Shown one piece after another: positions 20,138 to 31,271 of a DNA stretch of 64,000 nucleotides. Position 1 is the stretch's first letter. Each line of letters starts with the position of its first letter. The notes below the pieces were generated by a model. That model did no database searches, was not told the origin of the DNA, and saw only the letters and a list, made by a program, of their open reading frames with translations. Source of the DNA: an uncultured Synechococcaceae cyanobacterium (GTDB lineage: Bacteria > Cyanobacteriota > Cyanobacteriia > PCC-6307 > Cyanobiaceae); the NCBI GenBank assembly GCA_902571355.1, contig CACGBL010000001.1, forward strand, positions 13,803 to 77,802, read 5' to 3'. The position numbers and the translations under genes were made by a program.

Positions 20138-21046
20138 ATGTCTTTTTACTATTTAAGTCAGGAGATGGGTCTAGCCTTAAATGATATTTTAAGGAGAGTA
20201 TGCTCTTATGATAAAGATTTTTCAAGAGAAGATATTTCGATAACTTGGATTAATTATAAAAGTGAAAATAAAAGTGTATTTAAAGGTTTTGGAACTGGCA
20301 TTAATAACAAAAAAATGGTTTACCCTGCCAGTATAGTCAAGTTGGTTTATGGCCTTGCTGCATTTTATTGGATTAAAAAAGGAAGTTTATTATTATCAGA
20401 TGAAATTATTGATGCTGTAGGGAAAATGTTGTCTTTATCCAGTAATAATGCAACAAGCTTTTTAATTGATTTACTTACTGGAACAACAAGTGGACCTCGT
20501 ATTGAAGGCGAAATATGGGAAAATTGGAAATACCAAAGAAGTATAATAAATGATTGGCTACATGATTTAAATTGGGAAGAATTGGTTGGTATAAATTGCT
20601 GTCAGAAGACTTGGGATGATGGACCATTTGGTCGTGAGAAAGAATTTTATGGATATGATAATAAAAATAGAAACGCTATGAACTCTGATTCAGCTGCAAG
20701 GGTTTTGGAGGAAATTATGATACATATTGATTATCAAGAAAATAATTTAAATTTGCGAAGTTTTTTAAAAAGAAATTTAAATAAAGTTGTTCTTAAAAAG
20801 GATTCTCTTAATCAAATAGATGGTTTTTTGGGTGAAGGATTACCAGAAAGCATTAATCTTTGGAGTAAAGCAGGCTTAATGTCTGAAGTTAGACATGATT
20901 CAGCTTGGTGGATTAATAATCAATCTCTACAAACTTTATTAGTAGTTTTTTGTAATGGAGAAAAATATTCCAAAGATTCTTCCCTTTTACCGTTTATAGC
21001 AAGAGAAGTATACGATTTTAATAAGAGATATACTATTGAGGACTAA
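20138..21046 (+). CDS. Serine hydrolase, class A beta-lactamase/PBP-like fold
   Basis: SxxK (PASIVK), SxN (SSNNAT), KAG..VRHD. Confidence 0.88.
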   Translation: MSFYYLSQEMGLALNDILRRVCSYDKDFSREDISITWINYKSENKSVFKGFGTGINNKKMVYPASIVKLVYGLAAFYWIKKGSLLLSDEIIDAVGKMLSLSSNNATSFLIDLLTGTTSGPRIEGEIWENWKYQRSIINDWLHDLNWEELVGINCCQKTWDDGPFGREKEFYGYDNKNRNAMNSDSAARVLEEIMIHIDYQENNLNLRSFLKRNLNKVVLKKDSLNQIDGFLGEGLPESINLWSKAGLMSEVRHDSAWWINNQSLQTLLVVFCNGEKYSKDSSLLPFIAREVYDFNKRYTIED

Positions 21047-21255
21047 AGTGAATCTTCTAAGAAATTAGAATCTAATTTGTCAGTATAAGCTTCATAAGGT
21101 AGCATCATTACTTCTTCAAAATCTAAATCATTCATAATCCATTCTCTATATTCTGCTAACAAACTTTTTCTATCTTCATCATCTAATTCATAAATACGCA
21201 ATGCGGTATCTTTAAAATTTTCTTTTATTAAATTTTCAATTTCTTTCTTAATCAT
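21043..21255 (-). CDS. Small acidic hypothetical protein
   Basis: 70-aa ORF starting 1 nt after the resolvase-like gene stop. Confidence 0.7.
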   Translation of the reverse strand: MIKKEIENLIKENFKDTALRIYELDDEDRKSLLAEYREWIMNDLDFEEVMMLPYEAYTDKLDSNFLEDSL

Positions 21256-21256
21256 T

Positions 21257-21880
21257 TTATGTTAATTCTCCCTCCAAAATTACTCTCCTAATTGTTGATA
21301 ATGCAATTCCAGTTTGTGTTCTGATTGATCGATATGAATATCCTTCATTACGCAATCTGATTACTAAAGATTCTTTTAAAGGACTTATTTTGGGCCTGCC
21401 TCCCAAATTAATTCCTGATAATTTTCTGCGTATTAGTTGTTCTTTTTTTCTTTCATCTAAACTTTTGTCTTCTAAATTATCTAATTCATATAAAATCTTA
21501 AAAATTGAAGAATTTGCATTAGAAGATTCATTAGCAGCAAAAAAACCGGTCAAAGTTCGCAATTGAATATCCTTATTAATAAGTTTATTTATTGTTATCA
21601 AACATTCTTTTTTATTTTTAAATGCTCGATCAAGCTGAGTTATTATAAATTGATCGCCTTTTGATAAGGAATTTATAGCTTTATTGAGTTGGGGTTTGAT
21701 TTCTTCATCTAAACTTATAAATTCAGAGAACACTAAACTGCAACCCTCTTCCTTCAAAATTTTTATTTGCTCTTCCAAATATTCATATTCGTTATGAGTA
21801 GCTCTTGCATAACCTATTGCTTTAGAGTTTTTATTTTTTTCCGATAATAAAATACGTTTTCTTTTAAATTTAAAAGTCAA
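21257..21880 (-). CDS. Serine recombinase (resolvase/invertase) family protein with degenerate active site
   Basis: IGYAR, GD...I.QLDR, GGRP followed by C-terminal HTH. Confidence 0.88.
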   Translation of the reverse strand: MTFKFKRKRILLSEKNKNSKAIGYARATHNEYEYLEEQIKILKEEGCSLVFSEFISLDEEIKPQLNKAINSLSKGDQFIITQLDRAFKNKKECLITINKLINKDIQLRTLTGFFAANESSNANSSIFKILYELDNLEDKSLDERKKEQLIRRKLSGINLGGRPKISPLKESLVIRLRNEGYSYRSIRTQTGIALSTIRRVILEGELT

Positions 21881-22222
21881 TGTTTTATTACATATATTTT
21901 TTACTGTATCAAAAAATAATTAAAAAAACACTTTTTAGTACAAAATAGTGCAATTATTACTATATTCTAAGATGTATTTTAAAAGTTTGTACGTTCTGAT
22001 ATCTATATTAAAAATAACGTTATGAAATCTGATTCAAATTTAGTTAATGAAACAAGAACGTTGTGTAACGAATAAATTTAATTAAGATTTTTAAATTGCA
22101 GAAGGATTAGTTGAATTCATTTATTTATTTACTTCCGTTGAATGCAATTCATCTTTGAAATTATAAATAGTTAATTCATCTTGTTTTTAGTAAAATAAAA
22201 TTACAGGTCAAGAAGATTTAAT

Positions 22223-23116
22223 GTGACTAATAATCCTAATAGTTTAATTTCAAAACCTGAATGGTTAAGGGTCAAAGCTCCACAAGTTGAGCGAATTGGT
22301 AATACTGCTAATTTATTAAATGATTTAAATCTTAATACTGTATGTCAAGAAGCAAGCTGTCCAAATATCGGCGAATGTTTTGCTAGTGGAACTGCAACTT
22401 TCCTCATAATGGGTCCTGGTTGCACTAGGGCATGTCCATATTGCGATATTGATTTTGATAGATCTAAGAGAGACTTAGACCCAACTGAACCATATCGTCT
22501 GGCAGAAGCTGTTTTTAGAATGAAGCTTAAGCATGTTGTAATCACATCAGTTAATAGAGACGATCTTGAGGATGGTGGCGCATCTCAATTTTTTCAATGT
22601 GTTCATCAAATAAGAGAAAAATCTCCTGAAACTACTATTGAGCTTTTAATTCCTGATTTTTGTGGCAACTGGAAAGCTCTTGAAAAAGTTCTTGATTCAA
22701 ATCCAAACGTTTTAAACCATAATATTGAGACTGTGCCTTCGCTATATAAAAAAGTAAGACCTCAGGGTAAATATTTGAGAACTCTTGAGTTGCTTAAGAG
22801 AACGAGAGACTATTCTCCCAAAATTTATACAAAGTCAGGCTTCATGCTTGGTTTAGGGGAAAAAGAGGAGGAGGTCTTAAGTCTGCTTAAGGATTTAAAA
22901 AGTAATTTCGTTGATATTGTTACTATTGGTCAATATTTATCTCCTGGCCCTAATCATTTACCTGTTAAAAAATTTGTAAGTCCTTCAAAATTTAACTACT
23001 TTAAAGCGTTCGGGGAAAAAGATTTAAACTTCATGCAAGTAGTTAGTTCTCCTTTAACTCGTAGTAGCTACCATGCTGAAGAGATTCAAAAACTTATGAA
23101 AAAGTATCCAAGATAG
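22223..23116 (+). CDS. lipA: Lipoyl synthase
   Basis: [28 protein letters not shown]. Confidence 0.97.
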   Translation: MTNNPNSLISKPEWLRVKAPQVERIGNTANLLNDLNLNTVCQEASCPNIGECFASGTATFLIMGPGCTRACPYCDIDFDRSKRDLDPTEPYRLAEAVFRMKLKHVVITSVNRDDLEDGGASQFFQCVHQIREKSPETTIELLIPDFCGNWKALEKVLDSNPNVLNHNIETVPSLYKKVRPQGKYLRTLELLKRTRDYSPKIYTKSGFMLGLGEKEEEVLSLLKDLKSNFVDIVTIGQYLSPGPNHLPVKKFVSPSKFNYFKAFGEKDLNFMQVVSSPLTRSSYHAEEIQKLMKKYPR

Positions 23117-23122
23117 TTATAT

Positions 23123-23416
23123 TTATTTATTTGGATCTACCCACTCATTTAATTTCCATTCAACTAGATCATTTTTAATCATTGGATCATTCTTAATTAT
23201 TTTTAGTGCATTTCTATAATTATTCATCTCAAGAATAAGTAATCCGCCGTCACCTGGCCTATTTAGCTCATCTACCAAAAAGCCACTTTTTATATTAATT
23301 CCTTTTTTTTTTAATTTTTTTACCCAATCAATATGTTCGTTAATTATTTTTCGTTTTACATCATTATTAATTAAGTATTCTTTTTTTATAATTTCAGTTT
23401 TTACAAAGAAAGGCAT
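23123..23416 (-). CDS. YciI family protein
   Basis: H..W, SG.L, GGLLI, DPMI; ATG abuts the GOGAT stop. Confidence 0.85.
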   Translation of the reverse strand: MPFFVKTEIIKKEYLINNDVKRKIINEHIDWVKKLKKKGINIKSGFLVDELNRPGDGGLLILEMNNYRNALKIIKNDPMIKNDLVEWKLNEWVDPNK

Positions 23417-26400
23417 TTACATTTTTTTTATACCAAGCATATCTTCTTCGCTTGGGGGAACAATCAATTTGAAAGTACTCTTAAAATAAGACCAATTTTC
23501 AATTATTTTGGCAGCCTTTAAGCTATTTGTTTTTGCTCGATATTCTCTAATAATTTCCAATAAGATATCTTCCTGCTTTGATGAAGTTATTTTATGAATG
23601 CTAACTATTTCCTTGTTAACTTTATTACTTAAATCGTTCTTCTCATCGATTATAAAAGCTATTCCACCAGTCATGCCCGCACCAATATTCCTTCCTGTGG
23701 AACCTAAAATAACTACTTTCCCACCAGTCATGTATTCACAACAATGATCACCTGCTCCTTCTGTTACCGCTGTAGCACCACTATTTCTTACTGCAAATCT
23801 TTCTCCCGATTTTCCTAATGCAAACAATTTCCCACCTGTTGCTCCATAAAGACAGGTGTTTCCTAAAATAACCTGTTCCGAGGAAGTTTTTTCTATTTTT
23901 GGTGGAATTATTGTGAGTATTCCTCCATTCATTCCTTTACAAACATAATCATTTGCTTCTCCGATTAATTGAACATTCATTCCTTTCAATAAAAAGGCAC
24001 CAAAGCTTTGTCCTGCATATCCTTTGAAATTTAAGTTGAGTTCGCCATTGAAGCCAGTGTTGCCATGAAGTTCTGCGATTTCGCCTGATATTTTCGCGCA
24101 AACACTTCTATCTGTATTTTTTATCTCAATTTCTTTGGTTAATATTGCGTGATTTTTAATTGAATCTATAAATTCAGTATCAGACAAAAACTCGTCTTCT
24201 AATACAGAACCATTACTATGTGCAGTTTTTGAATGTTTTAACCATGATCTATCAGGGGTTGAGTCTTTATTTACTAAAGAAGAGAGATCAATATTAGAAG
24301 TTTTTGGAAGATCGATATTTCTTGCAGAAAGAAATTCTTTATTACCAATCAGTTCTTCCATATTAGAAACACCGATACTACTCATTATCTGTCTTACTTC
24401 TTCAGCAATATATAAGAAAAAATTGACAACATTTTCTGGAATACCTTTAAATCTTTTTCTTAATTCTTCTTTTTGAGTGGCAACTCCAACAGGACATTTG
24501 TTTGTATGACAAACCCGAGCCATTATGCATCCTTCAGCAATCATCGCAACAGAACCAAAACCGTATTCTTCAGCACCTAGTAAAGCTGCAATAACTACGT
24601 CCCAGCCTGTTTTAAGACCTCCATCAGTTCTCAAAATTACCCTTTCGCGTAAGTTATTCTCTAAGAGAGATTTATGAACCTCAGCAACACCTAGTTCCCA
24701 TGGTAAACCTGCATGTTTAATAGAACTCAGGGGTGAAGCACCTGTACCTCCGTCATGGCCTGATATTTGAATTACATCTGCATTAGCTTTGCTTACTCCA
24801 GCAGCAATAGTGCCTATACCAATTTCAGAAACAAGTTTAACGCTTACTTTCGCTCTTGGATGAACTTGGTGTAAGTCGTGGATAAGTTGAGCTAAATCTT
24901 CAATTGAATAAATATCATGATGCGGGGGAGGAGATATTAAAGCTACTCCAGGTTTACTATTTCTTAGTTTTGCGATGTAAGAATCAACTTTTGGACCAGG
25001 TAATTGTCCCCCCTCTCCGGGTTTTGCACCTTGAGCCATTTTAATTTCGAGTTGTTTACCACTTCTCAGATATTCAGGTGTAACTCCAAATCTTCCTGAT
25101 GCTATTTGTTTAATAGCTGAGCATGCGGTGTCTCCATTCTCTAACCCTTTAATAAATGGCAACGTAGCTGACTGAGTATTTTCATCGATATCATTTAAAA
25201 CATTAAAACGAGCTGGATCTTCTCCCCCTTCTCCACTATTACTTTTTCCACCAATTCTATTCATAGCAACTGCTAAAACTTCATGCGCTTCTCTGGATAA
25301 AGCCCCTAAACTCATTCCTCCAGTACAGAACCTTTTGCAAATTGATTCAACACTTTCAACTTCCTCTAATGGAATACTTTTTCTTGTTGAATTAATTGTT
25401 AGTAAATCTCTAAGAGATGTTGTCGGTCTATTACTAATAAGTTTTTTGTAAGTTTCAAAATGATCGTATCCTGGCCCTTGTTTTACAGCTGAATGTAAAA
25501 CTTTGGACATCTCTGGGTTATTGGAATGATATTCTCCATTATTTCTAAATTGTACAAATCCTAAAAATTCTAATTTCTTTAAATCGATCTCTGGATAGGC
25601 TTTCGTATGTATTGAAAGTGTTTCATTAGTTAATTCTTGTAATGTTATGCCAGCGATACGACTTGTTGTACCATCAAAAGCAATTTTTATTAAGTCAGAT
25701 CCAAGGCCTACAGCTTCAAAAATTTGTGCACCATGGTAACTAGATAAAAGTGAGATACCAATTTTTGAAAGAATTTTTCTTAGACCGTCTTCTAAAGCTT
25801 TTTTAATATTTTCTTGAACATCAACTATTGATAATGGATTTATTTTTTTGCTATCGATGAGTTTTTGTGTTTTTGGATGTTTTAACCAGTGTCTACCTGC
25901 TTCGAAGGTCAACCAAGGGCAAACTGCACTTGCTCCATATCCAATTAAACAAGCTAAGTGATGTGTGCTCCAACATTGACCAGTCTCAATTATTAGAGAA
26001 GCTTTTAGCCTGATTTCTTTTTTAAGAAGATAATGATGAATTGCTCCAACAGCAAGTAAAGGAGGTATAAATGTCTTTTTAGGATTAATTCCCTTATCAG
26101 AAATGATAATTAAAGAGCAACCTTCTTTTATAGAAAGCTCACTCTCTTTACAGATTGCTTTTAATTGGTTTTCTAAGCCTTGAATACCTTCCTCTAAATC
26201 AAACAAACTTGAAATTGTCTGAGATTTAATTTTAGATTTTTTGATGGAAATGAGTTCTTCCTCATTAAGAATCGGACTTTGTAAATGAACAAAGGGTTTA
26301 GCATCTTTAATTTCAAATGGTGTACATCTTTCTCCAAGATGCATCTCTAAACTCATTACAAGTTTTTCTCTCAGAGGGTCAATAGGAGGATTAGTAACTT

Positions 26401-27988
26401 GCGCAAATCTTTGCTTAAAGTAGTCGTATAAAATATGTGGCTTAGATGAAAGAACTGCTAATGGGATATCGTCGCCCATGCAATAAGTAGGCTCTTTAGC
26501 TAATGAAGCCATTGAATCTAAAATAAGGTCATTATCTTCCGCTGAAAAACCGTATGCAGTTTGTTGTTGCAACAACTCAAGATCTTTTAGTTTGCAGTCT
26601 TTCACCCATTCATTATTTTCAATTTTTATAGTTCTATTACTGAGAAGATTTTTATAATCATGCCTCTGAGCGGCTTCAGATTTTACTTCCCAATTTCTTA
26701 GGATTCTATTCTGATGAAAATCAACTGCTAACATTTGTCCCGGTCCTAATCGACCTTTTTCTATTACTCTTTCTTCTTCAAGATCTACTACTCCTGTCTC
26801 AGAACCCATTATTACAAAACCATCATTTGTGATTGAATATCTTGCTGGTCTTAGGCCATTTCTATCAAGCGTTGCTCCGACAAAATTTCCATCAGCAAAT
26901 ACAAGGAGTGCTGGACCATCCCAAGCTTCTTGTAGGCTTGCAGAATATTCATAAAAAGCTTTTATATCTTCTCTCTGCTCAAGTTCTGGTTGATCTCTAA
27001 ATGCTTCAGGAACAAGTTTTAATAATGAATCAGTAATGGGCTGACCTGAACGAATATTGATTTCAAGGGTTGCATCAAGATTTGATGAATCACTTTTGTT
27101 TACATCTACAATGGGCTTGATTTCATGAGATAACTCTCCCCAAAAATCATCTATATGTGTTTCTGAAGCTTTAGCCCAGTTGATATTACCTAAGAGAGTA
27201 TTTATTTCGCCGTTATGACCTAAAAATCTCATGGGTTGAGCTAGTGGCCATTTTGGAAGTGTATTAGTACTAAATCTACGGTGATAAACAGAAAATGAAA
27301 CTTTAAAACTCTCTTCTTTTAGATCTTGATAAAACTCGGATAATATTTCAGAGCGAACCATACCTTTATAGACAACTGTTTGTGAACTTAATGAGGCAAA
27401 ATAAAATTCACAATCCCCAACGTCATTTTTGAAAGTTTCTCTTATTTTTTTCTCAATTCTTTTCCTTAATTGAAATAAAAGCCTTTCAACATCATTACGA
27501 TCTTTTTTATCTATATATAAAATCCACTGACAGATGAATGGAGCATTTGCTTTAGCTAAAGGACCTAAGATTTCATTATTAACAGGTACTTTTCTCCAAG
27601 ATGTTTTGTTGACTTTTAATTTTTCTGCTTCTTGATCACATATTGATTTACACACTTCAATTTTTTCTTTTTTATTAGGCATAAAAACCATGCCTAAGCC
27701 TTTATTAAATTCTTGATTATTTTTTAGATTAATTTTTTCTTCAAGATATCCCCATGGAATTGAACATAAAATGCCCGCTCCATCTCCTGAATCACTATCT
27801 CCTCCACAACCTCCTCTATGTTCCATGCAGTTAAGACCTTTAAGGGACTGTTTTAGGATCCAATTGCTTTCTACCCCTTTAATATTTGCTATGAAACCAA
27901 CTCCACACGCATCTTTCTCACCAATTATTCCATTTGGGGAATAACTATCTTGATATGGGCCAATGATTCTTTTGATACTCTCTCCCAT
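23417..27988 (-). CDS. glsF: Ferredoxin-dependent glutamate synthase
   Basis: DACGVGF Ntn cysteine, HRRFSTNT, KPGEGGQLPG, GCIMARVCHTNKCPVG; no gltD adjacent. Confidence 0.96.
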   Translation of the reverse strand: MGESIKRIIGPYQDSYSPNGIIGEKDACGVGFIANIKGVESNWILKQSLKGLNCMEHRGGCGGDSDSGDGAGILCSIPWGYLEEKINLKNNQEFNKGLGMVFMPNKKEKIEVCKSICDQEAEKLKVNKTSWRKVPVNNEILGPLAKANAPFICQWILYIDKKDRNDVERLLFQLRKRIEKKIRETFKNDVGDCEFYFASLSSQTVVYKGMVRSEILSEFYQDLKEESFKVSFSVYHRRFSTNTLPKWPLAQPMRFLGHNGEINTLLGNINWAKASETHIDDFWGELSHEIKPIVDVNKSDSSNLDATLEINIRSGQPITDSLLKLVPEAFRDQPELEQREDIKAFYEYSASLQEAWDGPALLVFADGNFVGATLDRNGLRPARYSITNDGFVIMGSETGVVDLEEERVIEKGRLGPGQMLAVDFHQNRILRNWEVKSEAAQRHDYKNLLSNRTIKIENNEWVKDCKLKDLELLQQQTAYGFSAEDNDLILDSMASLAKEPTYCMGDDIPLAVLSSKPHILYDYFKQRFAQVTNPPIDPLREKLVMSLEMHLGERCTPFEIKDAKPFVHLQSPILNEEELISIKKSKIKSQTISSLFDLEEGIQGLENQLKAICKESELSIKEGCSLIIISDKGINPKKTFIPPLLAVGAIHHYLLKKEIRLKASLIIETGQCWSTHHLACLIGYGASAVCPWLTFEAGRHWLKHPKTQKLIDSKKINPLSIVDVQENIKKALEDGLRKILSKIGISLLSSYHGAQIFEAVGLGSDLIKIAFDGTTSRIAGITLQELTNETLSIHTKAYPEIDLKKLEFLGFVQFRNNGEYHSNNPEMSKVLHSAVKQGPGYDHFETYKKLISNRPTTSLRDLLTINSTRKSIPLEEVESVESICKRFCTGGMSLGALSREAHEVLAVAMNRIGGKSNSGEGGEDPARFNVLNDIDENTQSATLPFIKGLENGDTACSAIKQIASGRFGVTPEYLRSGKQLEIKMAQGAKPGEGGQLPGPKVDSYIAKLRNSKPGVALISPPPHHDIYSIEDLAQLIHDLHQVHPRAKVSVKLVSEIGIGTIAAGVSKANADVIQISGHDGGTGASPLSSIKHAGLPWELGVAEVHKSLLENNLRERVILRTDGGLKTGWDVVIAALLGAEEYGFGSVAMIAEGCIMARVCHTNKCPVGVATQKEELRKRFKGIPENVVNFFLYIAEEVRQIMSSIGVSNMEELIGNKEFLSARNIDLPKTSNIDLSSLVNKDSTPDRSWLKHSKTAHSNGSVLEDEFLSDTEFIDSIKNHAILTKEIEIKNTDRSVCAKISGEIAELHGNTGFNGELNLNFKGYAGQSFGAFLLKGMNVQLIGEANDYVCKGMNGGILTIIPPKIEKTSSEQVILGNTCLYGATGGKLFALGKSGERFAVRNSGATAVTEGAGDHCCEYMTGGKVVILGSTGRNIGAGMTGGIAFIIDEKNDLSNKVNKEIVSIHKITSSKQEDILLEIIREYRAKTNSLKAAKIIENWSYFKSTFKLIVPPSEEDMLGIKKM

Positions 27989-28184
27989 AGATTATTTAAT
28001 TCTTTTTGGTTATTTATGTATTCCTATTATAAAAATAAATATGAAAATAAATCTAAAGATAATGAATATTTACCAAAGAATTTTAATTTGACAAATTTTG
28101 AAAAAATATTAATTAAAAACTTTTAGTTGGTGCTTGTAAAAGGTTATGATAGTTAAATATATATTTTTATCTAAGTTTTAATAG

Positions 28185-28559
28185 ATGCCGACCATCTCGC
28201 AATTAGTAGGTTCAGAAAGAAAACGTCTGACAAAGAAAACAAAATCTCCTGCATTAAAAGCTTGCCCTGAGAGAAGAGGGGTATGTACAAGAGTCTATAC
28301 ATCAACACCAAAGAAGCCTAATTCAGCTTTAAGAAAAGTTGCTAGGGTTAGATTAACTTCTGGATTCGAAGTAACTGCTTATATTCCAGGGATCGGACAT
28401 AATTTGCAAGAACATTCTGTAGTACTGCTTAGGGGTGGAAGAGTAAAGGATTTGCCAGGAGTTAGATATCATATAATAAGAGGAACTTTAGATACGGCTG
28501 GAGTCAAAGATAGACGTCAATCCAGATCTAAGTATGGAGCAAAAGCTCCAAAAGAATAA
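28185..28559 (+). CDS. rpsL: 30S ribosomal protein S12
   Basis: [22 protein letters not shown]. Confidence 0.99.
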   Translation: MPTISQLVGSERKRLTKKTKSPALKACPERRGVCTRVYTSTPKKPNSALRKVARVRLTSGFEVTAYIPGIGHNLQEHSVVLLRGGRVKDLPGVRYHIIRGTLDTAGVKDRRQSRSKYGAKAPKE

Positions 28560-28584
28560 TTTTTAAACATCACTTTTTTTAAAC

Positions 28585-29055
28585 ATGTCACGTCGTAATG
28601 CAGCAGTAAAAAGACCAGTCCTTCCTGATCCTCAATTTAATAGTCGTCTTGCTTCAATGATGATTTCTCGATTGATGAAACATGGTAAAAAATCTACAGC
28701 TCAAAGAATATTATCTGATGCGTTTTCTTTAATAAGCGAGAGAACAGGAGGTAATGCAGTGGAATTATTTGAAACAGCTGTAAAAAATGCTACTCCTCTT
28801 GTTGAGGTACGAGCTAGAAGAGTTGGTGGTGCAACATATCAAGTACCTATGGAAGTTCGCCAAGAGAGGGGAACCGCTATGGCATTAAGATGGCTTGTTA
28901 CATTCTCACGTGCAAGAAATGGCAAAAGCATGTCTCAAAAACTTGCAGGTGAGTTAATGGATGCAGCAAATGAAACAGGTAGTTCCGTTAAAAAAAGAGA
29001 AGATACTCACAAAATGGCTGAAGCTAATAAAGCTTTTGCACATTACAGATATTAA
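28585..29055 (+). CDS. rpsG: 30S ribosomal protein S7
   Basis: [22 protein letters not shown]. Confidence 0.99.
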
Positions 29056-29151
29056 TTTCATCAAAAGGTACTTAAGTAGTTTATTATTGTTAAAGTTTGC
29101 TTTAAGGTGAACTACACTTAATCAAAATTTATTTTATTTGGAGCTTTAAAA

Positions 29152-31227
29152 TTGGCACGCGACTTTCCCCTGGAACGAGTAAGGAATATAGGCATAGCCG
29201 CTCATATTGATGCAGGTAAGACAACAACAACTGAAAGAATTTTGTTTTACTCAGGTGTAGTTCATAAGATAGGAGAGGTTCATGATGGTGCTGCAGTAAC
29301 AGATTGGATGGCTCAAGAAAGAGAAAGAGGAATAACTATTACTGCTGCTGCAATATCTACTAGTTGGCAAGATCATAGGATTAATATTATTGATACTCCT
29401 GGACACGTTGACTTTACTATTGAAGTTGAAAGATCAATGCGTGTGTTGGATGGAGTTATAGCTGTATTTTGCGCAGTTGGTGGAGTTCAGCCTCAATCTG
29501 AAACGGTTTGGCGTCAAGCAGATAGATACTCAGTTCCAAGAATGGTTTTTGTTAATAAAATGGACAGAACTGGTGCCGATTTTTTAAAAGTTAATAAGCA
29601 AATTAAAGATCGACTTAAGGCAAATGCACTTCCAATCCAGTTACCTATTGGGGCTGAAGGTGATCTAACAGGCATTATTGATTTAGTAGCTAACAAAGCA
29701 TATCTTTATAAAAACGATCTAGGAACTGATATTGAACAAGCACCAATTCCATCTGACATGGAGGAGGAAGCTGCTGATTGGAGATTAAAGTTAATGGAAA
29801 GTGTCGCAGAAAATGATGAAGAGTTAATAGAAATATTTCTCGAAACAGGAGAATTATCTGAAGAACAACTTAAAAAAGGTATTAGAGAAGGGGTTCTAAA
29901 ACATGGATTGGTTCCAGTATTATGCGGTTCAGCTTTTAAGAATAAAGGTGTCCAACTTGTACTAGATGCTGTAGTGGATTACTTGCCAGCTCCAGTTGAC
30001 GTAAAACCAATACAGGGTGTTTTGCCAAGTGGTAAAGAAGATGTTAGACCTTCAGATGATAATGCTCCTTTCAGTGCATTAGCATTCAAAGTTATGTCAG
30101 ATCCATATGGGAAATTAACTTTTGTAAGAATGTACTCAGGTGTTCTTTCAAAGGGAAGTTATGTAATGAATTCTACTAAGGATGCTAAAGAGAGAATTTC
30201 TAGATTAGTGATTCTTAAGGCTGATGAAAGAGAGGAGGTTGATGAATTGAGGGCTGGCGATTTAGGAGCTGTATTAGGTCTTAAGAACACAACTACTGGA
30301 GACACTTTGTGTAACACAGAAGATCCAATAGTTTTAGAGACATTGTTTATCCCTGAACCAGTTATCTCAGTAGCTGTTGAGCCAAAAACTAAAGGCGATA
30401 TGGAAAAATTATCAAAAGCTTTAACTGCTTTGTCTGAAGAGGATCCAACCTTTAGGGTAAGTACAGATCCTGAGACAAATCAAACAGTTATTGCTGGTAT
30501 GGGTGAATTGCACTTAGAAATTCTTGTCGACAGAATGTTAAGGGAATTTAAAGTTGAAGCAAATATAGGAGCTCCACAGGTTTCATATAGAGAAACAATT
30601 AGGTCTAGTTCTAAAGGTGAAGGTAAATATGCAAGACAGACTGGAGGTAAAGGTCAATATGGTCATGTAATTATTGAAATGGAACCTGCTGAAGTTGGTA
30701 AAGGTTTTGAATTTGTAAATAAAATTGTTGGTGGAGCTGTACCAAAAGAGTATATTGGTCCTGCATCTAATGGAATGAAAGAGACCTGTGAATCTGGTGT
30801 TCTTGCCGGTTATCCACTCATTGATGTAAAAGTAACACTAGTCGATGGTTCATTCCACGATGTAGACTCATCTGAAATGGCCTTCAAAATTGCAGGTTCC
30901 ATGGCTTTTAAAGACGGGGTTAAAAAATGCAATCCTGTCCTTTTAGAGCCTATGATGAAAGTTGAGGTCGAAAGTCCTGATGACTTTCTTGGATCTGTAA
31001 TTGGTGATCTCTCTTCCAGAAGAGGTCAAGTCGAAGGACAATCTGTTGATGATGGATTGTCTAAGGTACAGGCCAAAGTGCCCTTAGCCGAAATGTTCGG
31101 TTATGCCACTCAACTCCGATCAATGACTCAAGGTCGGGGTATATTTTCAATGGAGTTCGCAAATTATGAGGAAGTTCCTCGTAATGTTGCTGAAGCTATC
31201 ATTTCCAAGAATCAGGGCAACTCCTGA
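29152..31227 (+). CDS. fusA: Elongation factor G
   Basis: [23 protein letters not shown]; TTG start. Confidence 0.99.
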   Translation: MARDFPLERVRNIGIAAHIDAGKTTTTERILFYSGVVHKIGEVHDGAAVTDWMAQERERGITITAAAISTSWQDHRINIIDTPGHVDFTIEVERSMRVLDGVIAVFCAVGGVQPQSETVWRQADRYSVPRMVFVNKMDRTGADFLKVNKQIKDRLKANALPIQLPIGAEGDLTGIIDLVANKAYLYKNDLGTDIEQAPIPSDMEEEAADWRLKLMESVAENDEELIEIFLETGELSEEQLKKGIREGVLKHGLVPVLCGSAFKNKGVQLVLDAVVDYLPAPVDVKPIQGVLPSGKEDVRPSDDNAPFSALAFKVMSDPYGKLTFVRMYSGVLSKGSYVMNSTKDAKERISRLVILKADEREEVDELRAGDLGAVLGLKNTTTGDTLCNTEDPIVLETLFIPEPVISVAVEPKTKGDMEKLSKALTALSEEDPTFRVSTDPETNQTVIAGMGELHLEILVDRMLREFKVEANIGAPQVSYRETIRSSSKGEGKYARQTGGKGQYGHVIIEMEPAEVGKGFEFVNKIVGGAVPKEYIGPASNGMKETCESGVLAGYPLIDVKVTLVDGSFHDVDSSEMAFKIAGSMAFKDGVKKCNPVLLEPMMKVEVESPDDFLGSVIGDLSSRRGQVEGQSVDDGLSKVQAKVPLAEMFGYATQLRSMTQGRGIFSMEFANYEEVPRNVAEAIISKNQGNS

Positions 31228-31271
31228 TCTCTAAACTAAACACTCTTAAACCCTCGATTCTTTAATTCAAA

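Noticed and set aside
20138-21046. Antibiotic-resistance beta-lactamase
   Set aside because: Only fold-level motifs are present. The context suggests a housekeeping PBP-like hydrolase, and no signal peptide is evident.
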